Positions 27,501 to 45,400 of a stretch of 64,000 nt of DNA are shown here, piece by piece (the stretch's first letter is position 1; every line of letters starts with the position of its first letter). This DNA comes from Balanoglossus misakiensis. Lineage: Eukaryota; Animalia; Hemichordata. The position numbers and the translations under genes are program-made. Where the stretch lies: assembly GCA_040954595.2 (NCBI GenBank), contig CM082585.2, positions 11,807,863 through 11,871,862 of the forward strand, read 5' to 3'. The notes beneath the pieces were generated by a model. That model did not search any database and was not told where the DNA came from. It saw only the letters and a list, made by a program, of their open reading frames with translations.

Positions 27501-28955
27501 TGATCTGCTACGATGTAAGAACGGCAGTAGAGACGAACGTGAATTCCTTGGCTCCTCTGGGGTGGATAAGCGTATCCCATCTAACCAAAACGAGAAGAAA
27601 GATGTTTAGGCTGCATTCACAAACACCTCTGGAGGGGGGGGGGGGGGCGGGAGAATTCAAATTTTTTTACCGCTAATTTTCACATGCCCCCCTTCCCAAC
27701 TGCCAAAATTTTGAAATCCCCCCCCCCCCATTTTCTTTCACAGAGCAAAACACATCACCTATCTATCTTGTAAAAAGAAAAACAGCGCTCCCATGAAAAG
27801 AATTTGAAGCTGATGTTTCCCCTCATCAGTGGGTATTAAAACTGAACATTGTTTTTATTTTTTAAGTACATATATTTGTATTCTGTGTTGGGAGACATTG
27901 TAAACCGAGAATTGAAGGGGGTGGGTTTGGGAGGGGGTGTCCCCCTCCCACGTAAGAAAATTTTCTAAAATACAGAGCTCAAAGTTGCATTTTAATGAAC
28001 CCGGCAAAAGCAAATTAACTCAACTACCGGTATGTTGGGGAGGACAAATTTAACCGTCACCGCTCAAAGTTATCATGGGGTGGGGCAAGTCCCCTGATCT
28101 GGGACACTAGATAAACCAGTCAATGATTGAAAGGTGTTGATGAATGGAGGGGGTGGGTGTCCCCCTCCCACATTAGAAAATTTTGTAAAATAAAGGGCGC
28201 GAAACTGCATTTTTGTGGACTCAAAATAAATATTTAGTCGTTAAAGTTTTCAAGTCCCCCCCTTTCAGTCCCTAAATTATTTCAAATCCCCCCCTTACAT
28301 ACCCTCAATTTTTTCAAATCCCCCCCCCTCAATTCTCCTGCCCCCCCCCCCTCCAGAGGTGTTTGTGAATGCAGCCTTAACAGTTTTTTTCACTTCAGAT
28401 TCGAATTCGTCACCTTTTCTGTTCAGTTAGTGATGTAAAGTTTGCGAATAAATGCTTTCTCAGTCACTCCAAGCTATATTTTTGCAGGCGTATGTGTTCA
28501 GGCCTACTTGCTATTCTGTTATTTTTCTCAGGACATATGTTTTGCCGTCCAATGCACGAGTAAATGCACTAAATTAGGCAAAAGTCTGAACTATTGGCCA
28601 AAACTGACGGACCTACCATGTTAGTTTCGCCGGCTGGACCTGTACAGTCCGCGATTCCTATTCCTATTTTATATAGATCGCCAGCGTCAACGTTTGCTCC
28701 CTGGACAACTGTCGAGAGATATATACAGGCACAATATTTTTTTCTGTAAGTTATTGGGTTTTTGGTGAGTAACTTCGTTGCGTATGACGTCGTAGCTTTG
28801 AAAAAGTCTTCAGAAGAAATTTGATACAGAAAAGATTGCAATTTTCACCATGCGCTGATATAAAGTAAATAGACATAACGTCTGTAAAAGGACTCACCAT
28901 TTCCAAGATTACACAAAGTAAACAGGATCAAGACGGTTCTGGAAACCGTGGCCAT
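21561..28955 (-). CDS. Neutral ceramidase (ASAH2-like), tandem copy A
   Basis: Signal-peptide exon MATVSRTVLILFTLCNLG, then YKIGIGIADCTGPAGETNM, MGYA..QGIHVRLYCR, SGQHTHSGPGG, WFAVHTTSMNRTNTLISGDNKGYAS, QSNNGDVTPN, PAMGYSFAAGTIDGPG, PKPILM, PGEYSTMAGRRL, QRYEAASMIYGP and WDIP..GVYRICHYG. Stop at 21561. Confidence 0.94.
25487..25794. mobile_element. Long imperfect palindromic (foldback/MITE-like) element in a ceramidase A intron
   Basis: ~95-bp arms (cacatgatgactgaca..ggcaacagtgtatttt..aaaacagtc..gttttccc / gggaaaacagactgtttt..aaaatacactgttgcc..tgtcagccatcatgtg) centred near 25592, followed by a second inverted pair ttataacacacca / tggtgtgttataa. Confidence 0.75.
27609..28376. mobile_element. 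Non-autonomous DNA transposon (MITE) with ~30-bp TIRs, Kolobok-like
   Basis: GGCTGCATTCACAAACACCTCTGGAGGGGGG ... CCCCCCTCCAGAGGTGTTTGTGAATGCAGCC, flanked by TTTA and TTAA. GG..CC termini; internal repeats of ggtgtccccctcccac. Confidence 0.85.
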
Positions 28956-29753
28956 GATGATGGGAATGTCGCAGTCGGGAAAAAAGTCTGGTGACTGGGA
29001 TTAATTCAATCACTCCGAGGATCTCAGTTGTTTGACCATTAACGCCATTAACAGAGACCTCGGTGCTAGGGACGAAGTAATCAAATCGGAACCACCACCT
29101 CCAACATAACCTTTTCCCCAAATAAACACACACAAAGTTCATCCAATGGATGTAATTAAGGTGCACGTATCCCATGGAAACGATAAATCGATAAAACCTG
29201 GTTGGTTGAAAAACCGACCTGGCTTCGCATCTTCGAGTACGTACCCTGGATGTTTTAATTTTCTGTGGAGTTTTGCAGATTATTGACAGAATTGCATTTC
29301 AACTGGCTGGTGATGCTCCTCTTTCGCGTGCAGGTGTAGAGTCAGAAGTATTGTCCCCTCTTCCATTTTCCTCCGATCCAAGACCTTCGCTGTAACTCCA
29401 AAATGGTGAGTACGTGTAATACTCGTGCCTGGTTCATAGAACCTACGTGCTGACATGAAAAGTTACTCATAGTGTTTCACTTTTCCTTTGAGAAAAGTGT
29501 ATGTAGTTTTTCACACTGATTTTAAGCTTGTTAACATCATGTATTATTTATTGACATATTTCCCACTCATTTCAAGTTAACACACACAAAACAACTATTT
29601 GCGAACCAGTTGAAATGTTCTTAGAACTGATCTCTACAATCATTCTGAAAATATTCGTGCTGATACGATGCAAGAGAAGAGCTCGAAAATGTAAATTTAC
29701 TTTAAAATTGCAGCATTCAGATAAACTCCGGCGAAATTATTCACAAAGGTCAT

Positions 29754-35592
<5,839 letters not shown>

Positions 35593-37983
35593 GGTGGCCG
35601 GCCTCCGACTAGTCTCTGTGGACTTTCAAGATAAGAGGAATACAGGTATTAACATGATGATGATGATGATGATGATCCAATCGAAGTCGTGTTCGAATCA
35701 CAGCTCCATTTTAATTGTATAAATAATAATTTACTGAAAAAGACTTGTGTAAACTTTGTTTGGTGTGTTTGTCTTTTGAGGTCACCGATTAGGATCCAAT
35801 GCTTGTACAGATGATCGCTATCGACCATCCATCGTCGCTTCTTGACCTTTGACCGTCAGGCGTTGTCAGGAGATGCAGATCTATGCACCGGCTTGCTTCA
35901 GGTATAAACAAATCAAAAGAAACAGAGGTGTCGTGATGGGACAGTTGATCGAAGTTTACCCATTTACATGAACAAAGATTAAAATGCCAACGAACTACTG
36001 TGGATATTTTTCTCAAGTGATGGCGTACTCATAAAGCATATACATACTTCTGCTTTTGATGTCAAGTTTCAGTAATCTTGGCCGTTTTGCATCGACAATC
36101 TTTTTGGGGTTTACCTAATCATTTTGAAACGTTCGGTATTCGTCCTATCAACGCGAATGTGGATTTGGTGTTACCGCTGACCCCGAGCTGTCTGATTGGA
36201 CACGTGACTTGCTATCATCACAAACTGATTTCTGGGTCCATGCTTTAAGGAATATGACAAGACGTTCCCCTAATTTTTGCTCCTTGTTACTTATTCACAT
36301 TTGCCATATGGTACAGGAATAAAAGATTTAACATCAATGTTATGGAATTCCATTTAGTCTCTTTTTTCTTCTTCTTATCACACAGTGATTTGATATCGCC
36401 CTCTGAAGAGAAGTGGAAGGGCAGTTGTCAAGTTATCGTTTCAATTTGCCTGGAGTCCCGACGCAAAGAAACTACCGCATGGCCACCGGACTACAGTTGT
36501 TTCAGCTGCGTTTGATCAACCCTTTGAAGTCAGGCTCGCTTTACCCGTCCATACAGCTCCCAACTGAACCTTGAATCGACGATGACACTCTGTATTGACA
36601 CAGTTATCTCACGATTGATGAGCATCTGTAATGTATCTTGTCAGGCCACTGGAAACGACCATGTTTCAAGCAAATAAAATCAACGGCTTTTATAATATAT
36701 TCCCTTCACTCTTAATTATTTTCTCTCTTTCTATATAAAAGGGGCAAGATCTGCATGCATTCGATGACATCGCACTGTTTCCACGACGATCACTCTGTCG
36801 GTGAAGGACGTTTTCGCACCGATGCAGTTTTACCCTCAAGTCATCGGCTACTCATACTTGGCGATCTCCCGTTAAAATAAGCGTCAACTTTTTACAAAAA
36901 TCATTAAAAGTTAATGCCTAGAGACTTACCTCTCAGGCTACACAAAGAAAACGTACAGTATCAACACTGCACTCAGATATAAATGGAATATAATTATGAT
37001 CTTGGCAAGCCTCCTCCAAACCAAGCTCCGGCGTCCAAGGTATTTTGTAAAGATTTAAATATAGATTATCTTGATTGTATTGTACACCTTAGTTTCAGCG
37101 CAGGCTGTGATGTAGTGCGCAACTACATCACAGACTAAAGGGGGCGCTCTGAACGTAGAAATTAATACTGTCTGTCTGTCTGTCTCCCCTCTTTCTTCTT
37201 TCTCTACTTACAAAAAAAACCGTATAGGATGAAACTTACAGACGACCCCTGTATTTTATTATCTTCATTGTTCATACAAAGAAACCAAAAATCCACAATT
37301 AAAAGAAATAATGGCAATATTTTCAATCGAACATTCGTATAGAAAGTAACAGCCACTTACTGCGTAACTCCAATATTAAACCATGAGCGTCATTGGGCAA
37401 AATGTCTTGTTTTGGATTTTGCGCTATATAAACTTTTGTTGATTGATTGAATTACTTCAGTGAAAGAAGTATAAACGCAAAAGTTTTAAGTATGACTGCA
37501 TTTTATCATCAGTAAAAAGTAAAAGCCAATAACAATACAATCGCAGACAACAGTGGAAGAGTCGATCTCATCTATGATCAACCAAAGTGATTGTATGGAT
37601 TCCCTGGAAAATGGTGACATTGCCAAGGCATCATTAAACATTCCTCCGAAATTCATATTTTGAGCAAATCTAATGTCCGAGAAATATCAGAGGAAAAAAC
37701 CGCTCGAACAAAAGAACACGTAAAAGTGTTCTCCTTTTGAATTGATGCAGCATTTAAACAAGTATGTCTTCATCAAAGTTAATAAATGTCGCGTTGGTCT
37801 AGATAATACAGTTGGTCTTCAAGTCTTCATCCAAGATGTCTGTGTCAATCCATTATTCAGTACCTTTGGAGAAATAAAGGAAAATAATCAACTCATTGTT
37901 TGCTCCAGAACGAGTCAGGTTTGCATGGTTATAGAGTGCAAAATGTGCGAATGTAACTACTTACACGATATGATGCCATTTTT

Positions 37984-38098
37984 TTACATATTTCGGCCCA
38001 CATCCACGATTTTGCCTGGTTGGATATCACCAATAAATTGTTGTTTCATGACATTCATCGTTTCTGTTACTGTAGCAATAGTCGTAGAATCTGTACAG

Positions 38099-38170
<72 letters not shown>

Positions 38171-38411
38171 TCAGAGATAATTACTTAACACTTCGAACGA
38201 TAACTTCTGGAACTGGACTTTGCTGCTGTCGTTGTTTACAGACAAACACAACACGACACAACGCATCACAACATACACATAACACAATACCTGTTTGTTC
38301 CCACGATGGCCTATACCATATAGCCATGCAAATAAAAAGAATCAAGGCACAAATTCCAAATATCGTAGTGATGATTGTCGTCCATTTTTCGGCCTTTGTC
38401 TTGTGAACCAT
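37984..38411 (-). CDS. Putative small single-pass membrane protein (orphan)
   Basis: Acceptor tttacag near 38443 precedes the ATG at 38411. MVHKTKAEKWTTIITTIFGICALILFICMAIWYRPSWEQT has one hydrophobic helix. The donor after 38291 can join in frame to the acceptor at 38090 (DSTTIATV...GRNM*). Exon structure is uncertain. Confidence 0.35.
38102..38168. repeat. (GA)n microsatellite
   Basis: ~33 GA units. On the minus strand it forms a (CT)n tract before an AG. Confidence 0.98.
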
Positions 38412-39424
38412 CTTGCTGATTTGTCCTGTGATGATCTTTCACTGTAAATCGGAAATTCCAGTGACGTTATAGAGGCGGATTTTATACGTGTTTGGCGCAC
38501 AAGTACACAGGGGAGTCTGTACAGACTCTACGACTATTGCAAGAGAAGGTTTAAATACTAGACTGGATTCTAGAGATGAGAAATGGTTCGTGACTGAAAA
38601 GCTCTCGATGAAAGCAGATTGGGTGTGGTTAATTTAGCTTATGTAAATACATGATATAAAGCGTGACCCAAATCAATATCTTTGGACGGTCTCTAGTTAT
38701 TTCAAGTTATTGTTCAATGCAAGGCTGGTAGCATCTGTGAGTTAACACATGTTGTCTATAAGACACGTAATTTTTTCTGGGCAGCAATCGAAACATAGAA
38801 TTGTCATTGAATTCATAGGGGAGTTTCAAAGGTGCTTGCCGAAAACCGTTTTTAACCAGACAAAATGGCGACCCGGATATAACGAAAAGGTTCTACACTT
38901 ATTTTAGAGGCTTTGATATAGTACTTATTAACAGTACATATCAATGCACGATAGCATCATTTAGAAACAGATTCGTTTAAAAAATGTACAAATAATCAAT
39001 CACCTGGTTTTGTGAAAACGCACGAGTGTCGAAAGTAAAGAACTCACCTCAAGGGAATATGTATTTCGCAAAGAGTTGACACAGGTCTATTATCACAGAA
39101 ATATAAATTGTCAAACCATCAACGCAAAATTTTGTCAAACATTGACAGGGGTTTGTCAGGTCAGGGCCATGAATTATCACCGCGAGTTTTGTGTCTTATT
39201 CACGCAACTTTGGTTGCGCCACCAACGCCCAACTTTACTGCTGCTCCTGTAACTTTTTCGACACTGACATGGGTGCTCCATTTAATAATATGTGATAAGT
39301 TAGGGGTTCCACTATTTCAACATGGCGGGTTCATATCAACAAATTGTGGTGCATTTCAATGGATGAGCTCAGAAGGTAAACTGACGTCTCTGAAGTCTGG
39401 TCGGCTGGATCGGGAAGTTGTACG

Positions 39425-42400
39425 ATGGCTTCTTCGTCAAGTGCACCTAGCGGAGAGCACCGATTGTGGATCGGCAACTTGGACCCCAGAATTACGGAGT
39501 GAGTACGAGGTTGAGTTTCCAGGAAGTAAGCACGAAACAATAACGGGTAGCGTCACTAGCGATGCCGTGCAATGTTTACATTTTTCCAACCTCGAACAGT
39601 CAATATTACGACTCATTTTTATGTTTTTCGTACAGTCAGGTTTATCAATGTCAGTTGTACTTCTCCCAGCATTGAAATCGCAAATATTCACAAACTTTTT
39701 GGTTGATAAGTGAAATTAAACGATTGCCTTACCTGTATTTTTTGATAGTTTGTTTAAATTGATTGTACTTGTCTGCCTGCTCGTCGTCTGCTTGTCGTCA
39801 GCTTAATTTTTTCTCTCTCGCAAATCTCCCGTATCTACCGCTGCATTGTTCATAACGCCTCATATTCTTCTACCGCTGTCGAGATTAATCGAGATATGCC
39901 AAATAAAACAAGATCAGAAAAAATACATAGTTTGCGCGTGTAAATTTCATTTTCTAGAAATGGACGACCTCAATGTATTCATTGCATCAAAATAGTACTC
40001 TACTCTGCAAATACTAGTAGCAAGTCTTTCAATCAGAGTTTACTTCGGCGAGATAATGATTTGAATTGAGACTTCTATTCAGACCCGACTGTTTCTGGTT
40101 TTGAAAGAGTATTTTACAGATATTATCCGCTCCAGAGCTGTAAATATATGTGATATCCATTTCAAAAGATTTAAACCTATTACGTTTTTGATGAATTCAT
40201 GTGATATGAATACTTTGCATGTATATCTTAATTTGATATTCGTTGTATTTCTTGGTTATTTGCCAGTATGTATGTAAATCGGACTTTGGCGCATAATATT
40301 TTGCATGCAAGATCATGCTTGGGTTGCCTAAACCATTTATACAATGAAAATATCTCAGGGGAATTTAAACTGTTTTTGTAAGTGTCTATAATTGCGAAAC
40401 AAAGTGGCTAATGGATGGTTAATAGAGTACCAGTATTCAAACCCCTTAACTACTACAGTTTGGTTTGACCTCATTATTTCCAAGAACACAGGTGAAACCA
40501 TACCTTGGGAGATGGGGGTGAAAGGGTTAATTAGGTGGGTCTTCAGTTGCTCTTTGAACTAACATTCCCCATATATTTCATTTAAATTCCAATAGTACAT
40601 TACAATTGGATAAAGTATTTTTTACCAATGGAAGTTATCAGATGCAGCAACTGTGGTAATGCTGGAGTCTGTTCTAAAATTTCACATGGAATTTTGGCTT
40701 TTATAGGTTAATCAAATTCTTTTCTGAAGACTTACGACATCCGCCATTCAGATTAAAATCAGATGTACATATATACAGATGCACCCAAACAGTGGAAGAT
40801 CAGAAAATGACTTTAATAAAACATCTTCTGCCTGTTTTATTGTCAAAGATGGATATGAACGTTTTCACCAGGGATTTAGTCACACAGGATAATTTATGTT
40901 AAGTGTTGTTTTCTCCTTTCTTGATAACAGTTCCTCCATGCTGGAGGGATAGAGTGAATGGCGCATGGTTCCGTAATAGTACTGTCATGGAAAAAAATGA
41001 CAACATACATTGAATATACATGTACTGTTGGGAGTTTCAAAAAAGGATGAAGGTGCATTGATAAGGATATGGGTTGGATAGACCTACATGTAGTATGTGT
41101 ACTTCCCAGTGGAGATGTCTTCAAAATACTGAATTGTGTTCCCTGGGAAATTAAACAGCTTTTAGAAGAGATAGACTCTAAAATAAACAAGAAAATGGCC
41201 CATAGCGTCTCCTCGTGTTTGCTGTAGTATGTGATTTGGCCAGTAATGTTAAACATGCAGGAGAAATACTACCCACATTGAACAGTTTATATCTGCTCAG
41301 AGCACATGTAGGTTTTAATGTAGATTAAAAAAATATGTGTGTGGAGGTTGTGTTGGACCGGTTTTTATGGAGCAGGGCTTGTGGTGAAATAGTAAACAGG
41401 ATTTCTGAATGTGCCCAGATAAATTATATTCCTGGTTATTGACCGCTGGATTTTATGTAGAGTCTCTTTTTCAAATGGAGGAATGTCAAGGACTCAAATG
41501 TACAATGGATGAAAGCAATAACTCTAATATCAGACGTATGTGCTGTGTCATATTAATTTTGAAATACAAATCTGCCGCAATGTTTGGGGGGATTTTACCT
41601 TGTAATCTCAGCCAGCTGTGAACTGCAGTTGAAAAACCTGAGGAACTTGTTTTCAAATATGAGATTTTGTTCAGAAAGGAAATATTATTTAAACCAGACA
41701 GTGAAATATGAGATTTATGTGATGTTATGGCCAGATTTGACCATTGCTATAATTTTATTTTTTTCTTCATATATATATCTGAAGGTTGTATAGATTTGTT
41801 ATGAAACCATGGTGGTAATTTTAGTCATTAACAGGGGTACTTCTGGAGCATAAAAGCTTTTGTGATCATTACATGTTTGAAGCTAGGCAGGGGTGGTTTC
41901 ACTAAATGCAGCAGTGAACATGAAATTTTTGAAATTATGGGAAACATACACTGAAACAGCTTCGTCCATTTGACTCTATGTGTATTGCAAGCTGTAATGA
42001 TGTTAGAGTGACTAGCTTGAATGTACTAAAGACAAGACAGATCAGTTGGATGTCTGTAAATTAATCCCAAGTGGCTATCCATCTTGCCAGGAGTTCCCAG
42101 ATCTGGTATCATTTCCCAGGTATCTACAAAATGGGAAGTATTGATTTCCAGTCGCACGTGTGACCTCTGACCCCGTGGATAAGTTGATGTGAAGTTGTAC
42201 ATTTAGAATTTTCATAGTAAGCATATTTCTGTGGTTATATTATGACACATTTCTGTAGTTACATGTAATTGATATTTCAGTACAGATTTTAATAATAAGT
42301 TCTTCAATTGATGTATGTCAATCATTGATGCTGTTGAATACATATGTGATACACAGAAAACCTGTTTTGTTTGACTAGTAGGAATGTCTCGATATCAGTT

Positions 42401-45400
42401 TTCATTTCTATGGTCTTTCGAGTGTACATTGCACTCATAACTAAACACGGTACTTAATATAAAAATTGACAGCATTTGAACTTTATACTGAACACGAGTC
42501 TAGAATATGTTAAGAAGAAAGAGGCAGGTATTTTTCAAGAGATAATGAGTTTGGAAAATTACCACTAGAATATCTAGAATATTCAGTGTGCCTCAGGATT
42601 AAATCTAATCAGAAATTCAACGTTTTTCCTGCAGGGTGTGATTAAACTTTTGATATCAATTTGAAAATTGAATGTATGATCTACATTTGTAAGAATATTA
42701 CATGGTGATTGCTGACCAAAAAGAATTAATGTCCTCAAGCAAAATAAAATGATTTGAAGTTTAAGACGTTTCATCATCAATCGACAACAGACGTAAAGCC
42801 CATTTGAGGTAATCACCACTTTTTGGTATTAGGGGTACGTGGGGAGGGGGGGGGGGAGAGAAAGACATGGAATTTTACAGCATACAGGGCTAAGAAGTAA
42901 AGTCTGTGTGCTGCTTGATATGACTTTTCTTTTGAAAAATTGTGGTGACAAAATTTCATCTCAAGAGGTCAGGTATTATTAAGATCATTTATCAATGAAT
43001 TGATCGAAGAGAGAGCCAACAGGAAGAAACTTGATTTCCTTGGAAGATTGACTGCACCAAGCAGGTCCTGAAATTCTGAGACAGTCAAATTGGGAATGAT
43101 TTGTATCCAGAGGCTATTCTCACATTTCAGAATCTCCTCCAAGAAACCAGGAGCTCAGGTGTTTCATTCAGACTTAATGTATTGTAATGATGATCCCAGT
43201 GGCAGTATGAAGTGATTTCCATGACACAAAACACAGTTCCTTCCAGACAACCTTTCACAAATTTTCCGTCTTGAATGTCCAAATTTCAATGATGGAAGAT
43301 TGATGTGACACAAATTGCTGTAAACCAGAAAATTTTCGCGAACGATATATGTTCACGAGCTTCACGAGAGCCAAAAAAACCCGCAATAATAAATAGTCGC
43401 ATAATGTGTACAATAGAATGTTATTTGGAAATAAAGCGAATGTGCAATCGATCGTGATAGTTGATTATCCTTGAGAAATCAACCAGGCAGGAATATTCAG
43501 GAATATTCATCAGTAGAAAGGTTTGTGGAAAGATAATATCGATTGCTTGATTAAGACCATTCATGTACCTGTCTGAACTTTTAATCTACATTTCATTTCC
43601 AGTTGTGTGCTGGAGTACAAGAACTCTAATTTCTGCCTTTGAACATTTTGTAAGAAGGACATCTCAAAAGGTAACAACATCAATCAAAAGATACACAGTT
43701 CCATATTAATTAAAGCGTTTCACACTTTCTATTCATTCCTCAAAAATAGGTATATAACTGACAATCTATTAAGTTGGAATTTAGAAAGTGGTAAACTGAC
43801 TCCCTTGGTAGTTCCGGTCTTGAATATTTCTCAAATGAATCAAACAAATAGAGATAATGGATTCAGACAAGGCTGAAATGCCGCGACAGAGCTAGATTGG
43901 TTGCTACACAGATAAGGCCTGTATTAAAATCCATAAAAATATTCTCAGGAGCACACTGTCTGCTGAAAGTTATCTGCTGTAAAATTTCATCAACATGGAA
44001 AGAATAAATTTCAGACAGTAAAATAAAAAAACACAGACAGGCTGTCCTTACAATGTCACAAGGGAGCTGACATTTTTGTACACTTCAGGATCAACCTTGC
44101 AGTCATGGTGGCTGAGTTACACAATAACTTCAGAAATTAGTTCTCAGTTGTGAAGCTGTTAGTATCCTGCAGTGACCGTTCCCGAGTGAGTTTAGAAGTA
44201 ATTGAGGACATCAATTACTGTTGCTAGTGGCAGACATGAAGACATGCATTGACTTCATAATGGTGATGATGCAGTGTGAACGAATCCTGGAGTCTCTTCA
44301 TTTCATCACTTCTTTCGTTTCCATCATTTCCTGAACTCTTGTCATTCATCCAACATACTTTGGTTCTAGGTCAGTCACCCCCTGGACACTGGTTGCTCAC
44401 TCCAGCCATCTCTAACCATAGCCCTGTTATAGGTGAAATATTCAGGTGGAATTATATCCAGGGGGTAACCATCCTAATACTGGCACATCCCTCAATTTCT
44501 CAATATTCTTCACAGTCATCTCATTGTCACTTTCCTGCTGAAAATGTCCTTTCGTTGAAGGTGTTATCATTTCTTTTAATTGTAGATTTTGGATTCTCCT
44601 TTGAACATGTTATCACAATCTTGAAAAATGAAGAAAGTGAAAAACAGAAATCAATACCTTTCTTAAAATCTTCCTTTGTCAACAGCTACATATCACCATA
44701 CTCTGTGAAATGACACATACATGTATTTTTCATATCATTTCAGACAAGCAGTAATCCTTTAGTCGTCATATTTCCTTTTTTTTCCAGGAGTTAAGGTGCT
44801 CGGATTACAAAAACACCCCTGGAGGAATATATCCATCCTTGTAAATCCATGATCATATGTCAGCCAATTTTGCAGTCTTCCAATCTGCCTTCGTAATCCA
44901 TGAAGGCTGTCTCTGCAAGCTATATGGTTTTGGCACTGGTGTGATTCGACTGAACTTAAGTGAACAGAATTGCTAGCTTTTGAGATTGTTTGGTTGTGTT
45001 GAGTCTAGAGTTACATGTACACGACTTGTCAATTAAGTTTGTAGTCACTGAAGCATGTAGGATCATCAGTTGTCTGATTTCTGTCTACACACTCTGTAAA
45101 CACTGTGCTTTGATGATGAGATTTATGATGTGCACAATCAATTTGTACATGCCCCAGCGAATCAGCCAAGTGGTCATGGTCTAGTATCTAACCGTATTTT
45201 GTCAGCTTTGCTTCCAAAGCTGACAAAATACGGCTAGATACTTGACTACATGTTTAGAGCTGCTGGCTTTTGTATCCACAGGAAGCACAACATTGGAACA
45301 TACGCACACACACACACACAAAACTCAGATTAGTCGCATGGTTTTTGAGAAACTGAGTTAATCTGAAGAATTTTTGATAAATCCTTGTCTTTCTGGCCAT

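Noticed and set aside
37742-38406. + strand ORFs with poly-(ER)
   Set aside because: Artefact of the (GA)n microsatellite.
39108-39713. 201-aa + strand ORF
   Set aside because: No recognisable domain; it overlaps the real RBM18 exon 1 in another frame across a GC-richer promoter region.
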